A stretch of 64,000 nucleotides of DNA from an uncultured Candidatus Poseidoniales archaeon (GTDB lineage: Archaea > Thermoplasmatota > Poseidoniia > Poseidoniales > Poseidoniaceae). Below, in pieces: positions 1-10,964 of this stretch. The notes beneath the pieces were generated by a model. The model had not been told where the DNA came from and did no database searches. It saw nothing but the letters and a program-made list of their open reading frames with translations. The stretch lies in NCBI GenBank assembly GCA_905182715.1, contig CAJJCP010000028.1, positions 12,592-76,591 of the forward strand. Direction: 5' to 3'. How positions within the stretch are numbered: the stretch's first letter is position 1; each line of letters opens with the position of its first letter. A program made the translations under genes and the position numbers.

Positions 1-791
1 TCAAAATGTGCTAACGAAGCGACACCTAATGTTCCGCTCAACCTTTCTGAAGGCTTTGAGTGACCGGTTAATTCTCCAATGATGGATTTACGGGATACTC
101 CCCAGAGTACAGCAAACCCTTCAACACCTCGGAATAATTCATGGCGCTGTAACAGTTCGATATTGTGATCTAAGGTTTTGCCAAAGCCAATTCCCGGGTC
201 GAGTACAATGCATTCGACTGGATGGCCTGCAGCAACCAAACCTCGAGCAGTTTCAAGTAATTGTGAACTGACTTCTTTTGCACAATCGACGTACGATGGC
301 TGCTCTTGCATGGTTTGTGGTGTTCCTTGCATGTGCATGATGCAAACACCGCAACCACTGTTGAGAACGGTTTTGACCATTTCCGGGTCGCGTAATCCGG
401 AGACGTCATTGATCAAATCTGCTCCAGCATCGAGTGCTGCCTGGGCTACTCGTGGCCTGCGAGTATCAATGGAGATGAGTCCCTCTGCGTTTGCTTCACG
501 CAGTGCTTCGATAACGGGGATGACTCGTTGGAGTTCTTCTTCGACCGATACAGCATCCGCATTCGGACGTGTTGATTCTCCACCAATATCAATCCATGTT
601 GCCCCTTGTTGCCACATGCGTAGGCCCGCGTTGACTGCGGAATCTAGTGTGCCTTGGCGACTTTCTTCATGAAATGAGTCTGGTGTGACGTTGAGTATTC
701 CCATCACATGACAAGAATCAGTTTCTTTTCGATGCAGACCTGCCGAAATTCGGCCTCGGTGAACAATTTGAGGTCGAAATGTACCGCCCAT
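1..791 (-). CDS. folP: Dihydropteroate synthase (runs off left edge; absent from ORF track)
   Basis: Manual translation from ATG at 791: MGGTFRPQ...HVMGILNVTPDSFHEES, then DIGGESTRPNA, SIDTRRP, INDVSG and MHMQGTP, all DHPS signature motifs. Confidence 0.93.
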   Translation of the reverse strand, partial: MGGTFRPQIVHRGRISAGLHRKETDSCHVMGILNVTPDSFHEESRQGTLDSAVNAGLRMWQQGATWIDIGGESTRPNADAVSVEEELQRVIPVIEALREANAEGLISIDTRRPRVAQAALDAGADLINDVSGLRDPEMVKTVLNSGCGVCIMHMQGTPQTMQEQPSYVDCAKEVSSQLLETARGLVAAGHPVECIVLDPGIGFGKTLDHNIELLQRHELFRGVEGFAVLWGVSRKSIIGELTGHSKPSERLSGTLGVASLAHF

Positions 792-842
792 GAACCCTGC
801 GAGTTCGGCAGATTTGATAACATGTGAGTGTCAAGGGTGAAT

Positions 843-1484
843 ATGTCCGGTGATACTATGGAGAGTTCTTTAGGTGAATTCGGTCATGAAGCAGAAGTTT
901 TCGAGGCGAATGGTCCAAGCGAGCATCGCCGAGAACTCGCAGACCGCTTGATTCGCCGGCTCAATGTTAAAGATCACAACTCGATTTTCGAAATGATATC
1001 TGCAAAGGCTTACTACAGCGGTATTTTACTCGCAATCCTTATCTTTTTTTACTGGATTTTCGTCTCTTCAGCCAACGATGATTCAGAGATTGGAGTCTCT
1101 ATTCTGATGAAAATCGGTTTTGCAGATGTGGCTATTGCGGTTATGCTTCTTGGACTCACTTCCGCCTTCTTCCGAGATTACAGTCGCGAACTCGGGCAAT
1201 TATTACCTTCACTCATATCAGGTGCAATGATTATTGTCTGCGGTTTCTACTTCATCGAACCATTAGTGTATGGTTTTGTATCCGACGAACTTGCCATTGA
1301 AACGGCTATTTGGCGTAGTGCTCGTCTTGGTTTCCTCTGGGGGGGTGTGACATATTGCGCTCATTTCCTTGTTGATGCATCACTTTTATTGTGGTTAAAA
1401 CAATTCTGTGTCAATCATGACATCGATATTTCTCCTGCGGCTGAAGAGCGAACCCGTGACCCTGCATCAGAATCAATCGCTTAA
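843..1484 (+). CDS. Hypothetical integral membrane protein (about 4 TM helices)
   Basis: Long ORF with four hydrophobic segments; no family recognised. Confidence 0.7.
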   Translation: MSGDTMESSLGEFGHEAEVFEANGPSEHRRELADRLIRRLNVKDHNSIFEMISAKAYYSGILLAILIFFYWIFVSSANDDSEIGVSILMKIGFADVAIAVMLLGLTSAFFRDYSRELGQLLPSLISGAMIIVCGFYFIEPLVYGFVSDELAIETAIWRSARLGFLWGGVTYCAHFLVDASLLLWLKQFCVNHDIDISPAAEERTRDPASESIA

Positions 1485-1523
1485 GACTGCACCTTTCTTG
1501 TAGGGTTGACATCTCGTAGCATC

Positions 1524-2093
1524 ATGACAGGTGAGCGAGTGGATGTTTTGCGCCTTGGCTATCGCCTTGGTCGAGACCCCCGAATTACCACTCATCTGGC
1601 TTTAGTCGGTCGTGCACTTGGTGCAGACCGTTTTCTTTTAGCTGGCGATAAAGATCCAAAAATGTTTGAAAACCTCGATTCAGTAGCCAATCGTTTCGGT
1701 GGTGGAATGGATTGTGCGCATATCAAGAATCCTATGGGTTGGCTTCGACGCTTTGTCGAAGAAGATGCAGGAGACGGAATGCCAGGTGTTGCCGTTCACC
1801 TCACCATGTACGGTGAACCATTCCGTGAAGCGATTCCTCGTATTCGCCGTGACCGTCCAATGGTTATTGTCGTAGGTGGCGCTAAAGTACCAGGAGATGT
1901 CTACAAGTACAGTCAATACAACATCGCAGTTGGCAATCAACCGCACTCAGAAGTTGCCGCATTGGCGTTGTTTTTGGATGCCTGGTATGGAGAGGCAGGA
2001 AGTAACCGTTCATTCGACGACGCTCGGCTCATTATCGAGCCATCGGCGAAGGGAAAGAGCGTTCGTGATTTAGACCGTGAAGAAGAAGAGTAA
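1524..2093 (+). CDS. trm56: tRNA (cytidine(56)-2'-O)-methyltransferase, archaeal SPOUT family
   Basis: LRLGYRLGRDPRITTHLALVGRALGA, VHLTMYG, VVGGAKVP and IAVGNQPHSEVAALA match aTrm56. Confidence 0.92.
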   Translation: MTGERVDVLRLGYRLGRDPRITTHLALVGRALGADRFLLAGDKDPKMFENLDSVANRFGGGMDCAHIKNPMGWLRRFVEEDAGDGMPGVAVHLTMYGEPFREAIPRIRRDRPMVIVVGGAKVPGDVYKYSQYNIAVGNQPHSEVAALALFLDAWYGEAGSNRSFDDARLIIEPSAKGKSVRDLDREEEE

Positions 2094-2174
2094 TTATTTA
2101 CTTACTTCCTTGCATGTGTCCGGTTAGACTTTCTTTTAAGCCTTCTTTTTTCGAGTTATTTTCGCACCTGCTTC

Positions 2175-3521
2175 ATGCCAATCATTATGGGGGTTCGTTT
2201 TCGACCAAAACTGATGTCGGCATTGGATGTACAAACCGGCTCATTCAGTCCGGGGGGAAATCAACGCGGAGTTTCCGGTGCTCCATCCTTCCAAGATGCT
2301 GCTGATGGCTTGGTTTACGGCGTCGATTTACCACCCTCTGCAGATGGCCCTGGCGTCCTCCTTACTGCCGATGGGGGTCGCTATTGTGGGACTCTCTTTG
2401 GAGCACGTGGACATGGTGAAGGGGAATTAGTATTCACGACAGGAATGATGGGGTATCAAGAATCGTTAACCGACCCCTCTTTTGCTGGTCAAGTGCTTAC
2501 ATTCACCTATCCCTTGATTGGAAACTATGGCATTCATGCAGGAGCATCTGAATCTGCCGGAGTATGGCCTCGGGGCGTGGTTGTTCGACATGCTATGCAT
2601 CAACCCGATCACCGGTTCTCAATAGGGAAAGTTGAAGATTTACTCCGCTTACACGGTGTACCTGGCATCCAGGGCATTGATACTCGTTCAATTACTCGAA
2701 GAGTTCGAGAACTTGGAACGGTACTTTGTGTATTTGGCCCAGAGTCAGAAGAAGAACTTTTGCAACAACGACTCAAACATCTCACATCTCCCGATCTTGA
2801 GGACTTGGTTGACCAAGTATCGCTCTCATCACCGGTCGTTCTCAATCCAGGTGCACTGGATGCACTCGACCACCCTCTTCCTCGGCTTGGTGTCCTTGAC
2901 TGCGGGATTAAGTACAATATTTTGCGTAATCTCTGTCTTCATTTCGAAGTGATATGGTGCCCTCCGGAAACCTCTTTCGATGTACTTGTCCATGAATATC
3001 AAATCGATGCCTTATTTTGTTCAAATGGTCCTGGTGACCCTGCTCATCCTGGAAAAGCCACACTGGCCCGTAATACACTTGCTCTGGCAGTTCAAGCGAA
3101 ATTACCTGTCATGGGCATTTGTCTTGGACATCAATTGATGGGACTTGCATCAGGATTGCAAACCTACAAAATGCGCTACGGTCATCGAGGAGCAAACCAA
3201 CCTGTTGTCGATTTGAAAACTGGCTTAATCTCCATTACCAGTCAAAACCATGGTTTTGCAGTTGCAGACCCGGAAGCGGGTATGCTTGCAGCCCATCCCA
3301 GTGGTGCATGTTCTCCCCCTGGTGTCAATCAGCACGGAGCTGAAGTCGTTGTTCGCTTTGTCAATGCAAATGACAGAACAGTCGAAGGATTGGACCTCGT
3401 TGGCCATCCTTCGTTTACAGTGCAATTCCACCCCGAAGCTTGTCCTGGTCCTCATGATGCAGCACCTTTGTTCAAACAATTCCGTGATATTGTAGACGCA
3501 GCATTAGGGGGTGTAAACTGA
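2175..3521 (+). CDS. carA: Carbamoyl-phosphate synthase small subunit (start uncertain)
   Basis: GELVFTTGMMGYQESLTDPSF, SNGPGDP, GICLGHQ (catalytic Cys), SQNHGFAV, QFHPEA. Confidence 0.96.
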   Translation: MPIIMGVRFRPKLMSALDVQTGSFSPGGNQRGVSGAPSFQDAADGLVYGVDLPPSADGPGVLLTADGGRYCGTLFGARGHGEGELVFTTGMMGYQESLTDPSFAGQVLTFTYPLIGNYGIHAGASESAGVWPRGVVVRHAMHQPDHRFSIGKVEDLLRLHGVPGIQGIDTRSITRRVRELGTVLCVFGPESEEELLQQRLKHLTSPDLEDLVDQVSLSSPVVLNPGALDALDHPLPRLGVLDCGIKYNILRNLCLHFEVIWCPPETSFDVLVHEYQIDALFCSNGPGDPAHPGKATLARNTLALAVQAKLPVMGICLGHQLMGLASGLQTYKMRYGHRGANQPVVDLKTGLISITSQNHGFAVADPEAGMLAAHPSGACSPPGVNQHGAEVVVRFVNANDRTVEGLDLVGHPSFTVQFHPEACPGPHDAAPLFKQFRDIVDAALGGVN

Positions 3522-6500
3522 TGCCACGCCGTGACGATCTCAAGACGATTCTCGTTCTCGGAAGTGGTCCAATTAAGATTGGTCAGGCTGCAGAATTTGA
3601 TTTTTCAGGAAGTCAAGCCGTTCGCGCATTGAGGGAAGATGGCTACGAAGTCATCTTAGTCAATTCGAATCCAGCAACCATTCAAAACGATCCGGAAATG
3701 GCTGATAAAGTCTACATCGAACCATTACTTCCAGATACAGTGCGTCGCATTTTGGAAATTGAACGGCCTTGTGCATTACTTGCTGGAATGGGTGGTCAAA
3801 CCGCACTCAATATTGCCAGCGAACTCGCTCACGATGGCTCACTCGAGCGCCTTGGTGTGGAATTGATTGGTTCGGACTTGGACGCCATCGATAAAGCAGA
3901 AGACCGTGAATTATTCAATCAAGTCTGTAAATCAATTAATCTTCCAATTTCGAATGCCATTGCTTGCAACACGATGGATGGAGTTATCGCCGCTGCTGAA
4001 TCCATCGGAACTTGGCCGATTCTCATCCGTCCTGCTTTCACTCTTGGTGGGCTTGGCGGTGGAACTGCCTGGGATCTGGGGCAATTAGTGGAAATTGCTA
4101 CACTTGGATTACGCAACTCTCGAATCAACCAAGTCTTAATCGAGGAATCAATTCTTGGTTGGCAAGAATTAGAGTATGAAGTCATGCGTGACGGTGCGGA
4201 TAATGCTACTATTGTTTGTACAATGGAAAACATCGACCCTATGGGTGTCCACACCGGTGAATCAACGGTCGTCGCACCATTGCAATCCTTTTCCGATGCG
4301 GACCATCAAATTCTTCGAAATCAAGCACTTGCCCTCATTCGGGAATTAAACATCAAAGGTGGATGTAATGTTCAATTCGCATACAACCAATCAACAGGTG
4401 AGACACGGGTGATTGAAGTTAACCCACGTGTTTCTCGCTCCTCTGCTCTCGCAAGTAAGGCGACAGGATATCCAATCGCCCGTATGGCTGCTAAGATTGC
4501 AGTTGGATACACTTTGGATGAATTGCCTAATCCAATTACCGGTGAGGGTACGACTGCTGCTTTTGAACCGACACTCGATTACTGTGTGGTCAAAATTCCT
4601 CGGTGGCCGTTTGACAAATTCCGAACGGCAGACCGTACTCTTGGAACTTCAATGAAATCCACTGGAGAAGTGATGGCAATAGGACGGAATTTCGAAGAGG
4701 CTTTCCTCAAGGCTTGGGCTTCACTGGAACAGGGCTATGCACATCCTCGACCATTGACTCGGGCCGATGAATCAGAGGGTGAAGGGATGGCTGAACGGGC
4801 CATGTCTGCCTTACCTGATTCAACACTTGTTGAATGGTGTAGAGTTGCAACCGACCGAAGAATGGGTGCATTGATTGAAGCATTCCGAAGAGGCTGGAGT
4901 GTAGAAAAGGTTCACGAAATTACACGAATAACTCGCTGGTTTTTGTATCGGTTTGAACATATTGCGCAAATTGAAAAAGAAATTACCGATACCTCAGCAC
5001 TCCCAACGGAATTGAATCGGGAACAACTCCGTTCATGGAAGAGTCACGGTTTCTCGGACGAGCATATTGCTGATGCATTAGCAGGCTTCCCATCAACCGG
5101 TCCCCGTTCTTTACCAGCCGGTCGAGATGAGGTGGCAGTCATGCGTCGCCGCCACACTCTCGCTTTGCATCCACGTTTCCGAATGGTCGATTCATGTGCA
5201 GCTGAATTTGCTGCGGAAACTCCGTACTACTACTCAACTTACGAGTTGGATGATGCTAAGGGCGTAGATTCGCTTCCTGGTCTTGAATCACGTACAAAGG
5301 AACGACTTGTCACTGTTGGGAGTGGGCCAATTCGAATTGGCCAAGGTATTGAATTTGATTATGGCTGTGTCCATGCCGTTAAAGCAATACGTGCTGCCGG
5401 TAAGGATGCAATTTTAATCAACAATAATCCTGAAACAGTTTCGACTGACTTCGATACCTCTGACCGATTGTATTTCGACCCCTTAACCCTTGAATGCGTT
5501 TCAGAGATTCTTCTGCGCGAACAAGCACATGGGATTCTTTTACAATTCGGAGGGCAAACTGCGATTAATTTGGCCTTGCCATTGAAGGAACGTCTTCCAG
5601 TTCTTGAGCCATTAGGACTGAACTTATCGATTATGGGTACTTCGTGTGATGCAGTCGATGAAGCAAGTGACCGAGAGCGATTTGAAGCATTCGCGAAACG
5701 TTCTGGTCTTCGTATGCCGAATGGAAAGACCGGTACGAGTGCGGAAGATGTCCGCAATGCTGCCTTGGAAATCGGCTTCCCAGTACTTATTCGTCCATCG
5801 TATGTTCTCGGTGGCCGAGGTATGGAGATTCTTTCAAACCAACAACAACTCGATGCGTATCTTACCGAAGCCTATCTCGCTCCCGATAAACCACTCTTAG
5901 TCGACGAATATCTTGGGCATGCAACTGAAATTGATGTCGATGCTGCTTGTGATGGCGAGGATGTCTTGATTGGAGCAATCATGGAACATCTTGAGGAAGC
6001 AGGAATCCACTCTGGCGACTCGACATGTTTCATACCTGCTCAGAATATTTCAGAGCCGATGCTGGAGAAGATTGCTGAACAAACTAAAATCATCGGTCTT
6101 GGTCTCAAAATAAGAGGCTGCTATAACATACAATTTGCACTTCAGGGTGATGATTTGTATGTGCTTGAAGTAAATCCCCGTTCATCACGGACAGTACCTT
6201 TCGTAGCGAAGGCCACTGGCCTTCCGATGGCACGGATTGCAGCAAATATTACCATCGGCATCCCTCTTTCACAGCAAGAAATACCTCGAAGAACTTCCGG
6301 TCAAGTCTGCGTAAAAGCACCTGTGTTCCCCTTTATCAAACTCCGAGGGCTTGATCCAGCGCCTGGCCCGGAAATGAAATCAACCGGTGAAGTGTATGGG
6401 TCTGATGTTTCTGCTGACAAGGCATATCTGAAAGCCAGGTTAGCAACTGAGGTTCCTGTTGCGACATCGGGAGGAGCATATCTCACTGTGCGAAATGAGG

Positions 6501-6865
6501 ACAAGTCCTCTCTTATTCCAATTGCACGTGAACTCGCTGAAATTGGATTTACGCTCTATGCTACGCCGGGTACATGTGATGCCCTTCGAGAGGCTGGAGT
6601 TTCTGCGAATGTTGCCTATCGTATTGCCGATAAAAATCACCCCGACGCCTTGGACCTTATGCGACAAGGTGAAGTTTCATTCATTGTCAACGTTCCAACC
6701 GTCTCGGGTGGCGCTGTCCGTGACGGAAACATGATGCGACGTTTGGCTGTCGAATTGAATATACCATTTGTCACGACCCTTCGTGGTGCTAAAATGGAAG
6801 TCGCTGCAAGTAAAGCAAAATTGAGTGGTCCATTAGAACCACGAAAGTTAACCGTACATTACTGA
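3521..6865 (+). CDS. carB: Carbamoyl-phosphate synthase large subunit
   Basis: GSGPIKIGQAAEFDFSG, two ATP-grasp halves (IEVNPRVSRSS, EVNPRSSRTVPF), C-terminal MGS domain; TGATG overlap with carA. Confidence 0.97.
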   Translation: MPRRDDLKTILVLGSGPIKIGQAAEFDFSGSQAVRALREDGYEVILVNSNPATIQNDPEMADKVYIEPLLPDTVRRILEIERPCALLAGMGGQTALNIASELAHDGSLERLGVELIGSDLDAIDKAEDRELFNQVCKSINLPISNAIACNTMDGVIAAAESIGTWPILIRPAFTLGGLGGGTAWDLGQLVEIATLGLRNSRINQVLIEESILGWQELEYEVMRDGADNATIVCTMENIDPMGVHTGESTVVAPLQSFSDADHQILRNQALALIRELNIKGGCNVQFAYNQSTGETRVIEVNPRVSRSSALASKATGYPIARMAAKIAVGYTLDELPNPITGEGTTAAFEPTLDYCVVKIPRWPFDKFRTADRTLGTSMKSTGEVMAIGRNFEEAFLKAWASLEQGYAHPRPLTRADESEGEGMAERAMSALPDSTLVEWCRVATDRRMGALIEAFRRGWSVEKVHEITRITRWFLYRFEHIAQIEKEITDTSALPTELNREQLRSWKSHGFSDEHIADALAGFPSTGPRSLPAGRDEVAVMRRRHTLALHPRFRMVDSCAAEFAAETPYYYSTYELDDAKGVDSLPGLESRTKERLVTVGSGPIRIGQGIEFDYGCVHAVKAIRAAGKDAILINNNPETVSTDFDTSDRLYFDPLTLECVSEILLREQAHGILLQFGGQTAINLALPLKERLPVLEPLGLNLSIMGTSCDAVDEASDRERFEAFAKRSGLRMPNGKTGTSAEDVRNAALEIGFPVLIRPSYVLGGRGMEILSNQQQLDAYLTEAYLAPDKPLLVDEYLGHATEIDVDAACDGEDVLIGAIMEHLEEAGIHSGDSTCFIPAQNISEPMLEKIAEQTKIIGLGLKIRGCYNIQFALQGDDLYVLEVNPRSSRTVPFVAKATGLPMARIAANITIGIPLSQQEIPRRTSGQVCVKAPVFPFIKLRGLDPAPGPEMKSTGEVYGSDVSADKAYLKARLATEVPVATSGGAYLTVRNEDKSSLIPIARELAEIGFTLYATPGTCDALREAGVSANVAYRIADKNHPDALDLMRQGEVSFIVNVPTVSGGAVRDGNMMRRLAVELNIPFVTTLRGAKMEVAASKAKLSGPLEPRKLTVHY

Positions 6866-8131
6866 TTAACAAGCACTGTATGCTTCAATGATATACTTGG
6901 TAAGTGGGCTTGTCCATGCGAGTTCACTGATGCCTTCTTCACCTTCAACATCATAGATTCGAACAACATCTCGAACTCGAACATTGCCTGCAGAGGAACG
7001 GGCTAGAATGGTTGCAGCCTTGACTGCTTTACCAGTACCGTGTGGATCGTAGATTGTGTCGAGTGCCTCTTTAAGGAACCAATCGACTTTTCCGCCTGGT
7101 TCGCCTTCGTATGTACGTGTAATTTTCTTAGACCCAAACATTCCACTGGACTTTTTCTTCTTTTGAGTGCCAGCTGCTGCCTTGGTTGCTGCTGCTTTGG
7201 TAGAAGTGCCCGCACTCTTTGCTTTGGTTTCTTTGGGTTTTGATGAAGAACTCGAAGCAGAGCGACCTTTGAATTCTTCTTCAAGTTCTGCTCGAATCTC
7301 CTTTTCTATTTCACTTCGAATACTCTTTTCAAGTTTGGAGCGTAATTTATCCTCTACGGCAGCAGGGTCTCCATTCGCAAGCTTGTTGAGGGCGTCGTCA
7401 CGTTCGTCTTGCATAGCCTGCATGACATTGATGTAGTGCGCAGCAACTTGGATGAGTGAAGTTTCCATTGACGCTTCGAGTTGCATCGATACCACTTCGC
7501 TTGAGGAATCTCTCCACTTCCGCCATTGAAGCATAGTGTTGGCATGAATATCTGAGCCACATTTTGGGCAGAAACTTCGCTTCGGAGGTTTGAGGACCGG
7601 AATTGCTCGCATCGATTCAGGATCGATACCTTCGTGTTCACCACTTGCAACGTCGTGAATGTGAGTTGATGCTTCCATTCCGTTATCCATTGCTTCTCGG
7701 AACAAACCTTCCTTGAGGTCTAATTTACCAGCTTGGATTAAATCCCATCCATTTGTTCCACGAACAACTGCGCGAATTGCTGCATTGGCTGCTGGTGATT
7801 TGCCCCATTCATGGTTTGCAAAAACAGAACTGGACTCATTACCAGTCACTTCAATAGAAAAAGCATCAGAAAGATCGACGTCCTCACCTTCAGCAGGAGC
7901 AGCAATCCCCAATACAATCGGGTTTGCTCCATCTTCAATCTTAGCAATCATGTCGAATTTCTCTGCCATTGAAAGGTCATCACGTATGCGAATGACCTCT
8001 TTGAGTTGGTTCAAATCGTGACCTGTGGCAGTAATTGGTCCTTGACCAGTCAAGTCGTGTCCACACGAGAGACAAAACTTGGCTGCGGCTTCAACACCTG
8101 CTTCACAAGTTGGACAGTAGACTCCCGCCAT
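6866..8131 (-). CDS. Hypothetical protein with zinc ribbons, coiled coil and Lys/Ala/Ser-rich linker
   Basis: CPTC..CLSC at N-terminus, FCPKCG internally, heptad-like EKSIRSEIEKEIRAELEEE segment. Confidence 0.75.
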   Translation of the reverse strand: MAGVYCPTCEAGVEAAAKFCLSCGHDLTGQGPITATGHDLNQLKEVIRIRDDLSMAEKFDMIAKIEDGANPIVLGIAAPAEGEDVDLSDAFSIEVTGNESSSVFANHEWGKSPAANAAIRAVVRGTNGWDLIQAGKLDLKEGLFREAMDNGMEASTHIHDVASGEHEGIDPESMRAIPVLKPPKRSFCPKCGSDIHANTMLQWRKWRDSSSEVVSMQLEASMETSLIQVAAHYINVMQAMQDERDDALNKLANGDPAAVEDKLRSKLEKSIRSEIEKEIRAELEEEFKGRSASSSSSKPKETKAKSAGTSTKAAATKAAAGTQKKKKSSGMFGSKKITRTYEGEPGGKVDWFLKEALDTIYDPHGTGKAVKAATILARSSAGNVRVRDVVRIYDVEGEEGISELAWTSPLTKYIIEAYSAC

Positions 8132-8219
8132 AGAGGGCAATGGTATCCCACCACTTTTCAAGTGTGACGGTCGGATGGAGGCAAAAGTACCCGAAAGAAC
8201 TGCAATTCAGAGGAACCAG

Positions 8220-9827
8220 TTAGTTTCCTAGAACCTGTAGGCATCCATGAAGCAAGTGAAGAATTTCTTCTCTGTCCATTTCGGCAAGAATTGGTGCTAA
8301 TCGAGGTCCCTTTTCGGTGCCCATTAGCGCTGCATATGCTACTTTGAAGGCACTTCGAGGTGATTCATCGAGATCTTTTGCTGACTGAGGGATGGAAGCA
8401 CCAATCGCAGTTGGATTCCAGTCACATGCGTTCAGCGCGACAACCAACGACTTCATGATTCGGCGCTCGACTTCATCGAATGCTTCGAGCATACTGGTGT
8501 TTGGTTCCGTGAGAATATTAATTCGCATTTCATCTGGGAAATGACTTGATTGAATCCAATAACGCATCCTGTTGAGCCTGTCTTGTAATTGAGGAGTGAT
8601 TTCTTCAAGCGCACCAGATGCTTGTAGACTCGCCCAAACATCAGAATCATTTTTCTTGGTTTGAGCTAATAATGCAAGGTGGCGGAAGGTCACTGCGGTT
8701 GCTTCTACCTTTTCACCCGAAGTCACTGTTGCCATTTTCATGGCTCCCGCAGCATCTTCGATTTGCACCTTTTGTCTCCGACTGAGTTCCTCATTGGCTA
8801 ATTCTTGTTGGAAATCTCGTGCAGCAAGTCGTTCAAATTCGTCAGCTAAGGTAACCAGACCCATTCCCGTATCAAATTCAATCGCCTTATTGGGTTTTGA
8901 TTTGGCAACCAAGAGTCGTAATATTTCAGGAGGGACCAATCGTAATGCTTCGATTGGACCGATGGTGTTACCAGCTGATGATGACATTGCACCTTGGCCT
9001 TTGAGACTGATCCATTCATAGACAAGTGGATGAGGTGGTTCATGGCCAAGTATTTGCACGATTTCTCGGCCGGTTGAATAGGAACCTCCAGCAGCACCGT
9101 GGTCTTTGCCAAACGCTTCACATGTTACGCCAATCCATCCCCATTTCGCAGGCCAATCGATTCGCCAGGGCAATTTCCCTTCGCCTTTGGTAATGTCAGA
9201 AGAACCCGAAACTCCGTACTCATCTTCCCAATGAACAAGTGGATATTCGTATCCTGTGACTCGGACTTTGTCAAGTCCTCCACGAGAATTTAACGGGCTC
9301 CATGGGAACCAACCATCGGGTAATTCACGTCCAGATATACGCTCAATGGCCTCACGTATGTCATCAGCACGGTCACATGCTGTTTTGGAAAGTTCGGCGA
9401 AGCGGCCGCTTCTATAGGATTCAAGGTTGTCGATGAGTCGTGGGCGAACACCAATTTCTTCAAGCGCCTTGAGGAATGGTTCGAGGAAGTGATTCGCATA
9501 GGTCCAGCCTTCATTTTGGAACCGTTCCCAATCGGGATTTCCGTCTTCCTTGGGTGCTGGAATCGCACCTAATTGGTTCCCAACAAATTGTTCATATTCG
9601 GGTCCAAGGAAATCATAGACCTTTCGTAAAGGGTCCGCACTGTCGATGATAAACACAAAATCAACAGTAAGTCCTGCATCTTTTGCTGCACGAGCAATCA
9701 TATCTCCGGTGAGGATTTCACGAAGATGTCCAATGTGGAATTCTCCACTTGGCGTGATTCCTGTCGAAACAACATGCGTATCGCTCTTGTGAGCGAGTGC
9801 TTGTGCTGCAACATCTGCCCAGTGCAT
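8220..9827 (-). CDS. lysS: Lysyl-tRNA synthetase class I
   Basis: MHWAD, GITPSGEFHIGHLRE, KLPWRIDWPAKW, EAFGKDH, MSSSAGN, GPRLA. Confidence 0.95.
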   Translation of the reverse strand: MHWADVAAQALAHKSDTHVVSTGITPSGEFHIGHLREILTGDMIARAAKDAGLTVDFVFIIDSADPLRKVYDFLGPEYEQFVGNQLGAIPAPKEDGNPDWERFQNEGWTYANHFLEPFLKALEEIGVRPRLIDNLESYRSGRFAELSKTACDRADDIREAIERISGRELPDGWFPWSPLNSRGGLDKVRVTGYEYPLVHWEDEYGVSGSSDITKGEGKLPWRIDWPAKWGWIGVTCEAFGKDHGAAGGSYSTGREIVQILGHEPPHPLVYEWISLKGQGAMSSSAGNTIGPIEALRLVPPEILRLLVAKSKPNKAIEFDTGMGLVTLADEFERLAARDFQQELANEELSRRQKVQIEDAAGAMKMATVTSGEKVEATAVTFRHLALLAQTKKNDSDVWASLQASGALEEITPQLQDRLNRMRYWIQSSHFPDEMRINILTEPNTSMLEAFDEVERRIMKSLVVALNACDWNPTAIGASIPQSAKDLDESPRSAFKVAYAALMGTEKGPRLAPILAEMDREEILHLLHGCLQVLGN

Positions 9828-9836
9828 GAGTTCACC

Positions 9837-10430
9837 TCAGACAGGAACAGCTCGGATCATACCGCGGAGTGGAACTCCATCGATTTCATTGCGAGTCGTT
9901 TTGTTCACGAGGACGATGACTAAGCCAACATCTCCGCCTGCAGCTCGAATCGAACCGATGGTCTTGCTGAGTGTAGTGCCAGAGGACATGACGTCATCGA
10001 TGATGACTACTTTCTTGCCAGACACTTGGCCGTATTTACTCGAAAGAACTCCATGTCCATCATCACCTTCGACATTACGATAGATGGTGTATTCTGAGCC
10101 TAAGCACCGAGCAACTTCGTGAGCAAAACTGATTCCATTGATTGAAATTCCAACAATTGTATCGATGTCGGCTGCTCCGAGTTCTTCATCAGCAATATCG
10201 GCCATAATGGAACCAATCGCTGCGATTCGTTCAGGGCGAACGCCAATGCTTCTCCAACCGATTCGAACATCAGTAGGTCGTTCTCCAGTTTCTCCTTCGG
10301 CTAATAGCCAAGAGATGGTATCTTGCGAAAGAGATAACTCATCGGCAATTTGTTGGGAATTCAACCCTTCTTTTCGCAAACCGAATGCTTGTGCTCGTAG
10401 TTCTTCAATACTTACTGCCATTGTACTCAT
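9837..10430 (-). CDS. HTH plus orotate-PRTase-like protein (PyrE-like, GfcR-type regulator)
   Basis: N-terminal HTH (GLNSQQIADELSLSQDTISWLL), DVRIGW, PRPP motif VIIDDVMSSGTT. Confidence 0.82.
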   Translation of the reverse strand: MSTMAVSIEELRAQAFGLRKEGLNSQQIADELSLSQDTISWLLAEGETGERPTDVRIGWRSIGVRPERIAAIGSIMADIADEELGAADIDTIVGISINGISFAHEVARCLGSEYTIYRNVEGDDGHGVLSSKYGQVSGKKVVIIDDVMSSGTTLSKTIGSIRAAGGDVGLVIVLVNKTTRNEIDGVPLRGMIRAVPV

Positions 10431-10539
10431 TCGGCGGTAGGGACACTAACTCATCAACCCTTTGCACATTCATGATGTGTAGCCCCCAAGATGGCTTGCA
10501 TCCAAAGGCTTCAAGAAAGAATGACGCAGGGCCTCGTCT

Positions 10540-10950
10540 ATGAGCGACTTTGATTATGAGTCCTTGCTCGACAGAGCACGGGAAAATATCCCTGAAGAAA
10601 TCTCTTCGAGATCCCGATGGCGATTGCCAGAGCCGCAAATTATGATCGAAGGTCAAAACACAATTTTCCGAAACTTTAACGAAGTTGTTTCAATGATGGA
10701 CCGAGATGATAACCACGTGTATCAATATCTTTTGAATGAACTTGGAACATCGGGTTCACGAGATGGACCTCGTGCACGATTCAAGGGACGTATACCTCCA
10801 AAGAGAATCAAGAGAACGCTCGTTAATTACGTCAATTCCTTCATCAAGTGCAGTCAATGCTCTGCTCCTGATACGAATTTCGTCAAGCAAGACCGAACGA
10901 CTTTACTCAAGTGTCAGGCTTGTGGTGCTACTCGTCCAGTGAAACTTTGA
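10540..10950 (+). CDS. eif2b: Translation initiation factor aIF-2 beta subunit
   Basis: DYESLLDRA, TIFRNF, C-terminal CSQC..CQACGA zinc ribbon. Confidence 0.93.
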   Translation: MSDFDYESLLDRARENIPEEISSRSRWRLPEPQIMIEGQNTIFRNFNEVVSMMDRDDNHVYQYLLNELGTSGSRDGPRARFKGRIPPKRIKRTLVNYVNSFIKCSQCSAPDTNFVKQDRTTLLKCQACGATRPVKL

Positions 10951-10964
10951 TTCACTTCACGTTC

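Noticed and set aside
178..672. 164-aa plus-strand ORF
   Set aside because: Antisense shadow of folP
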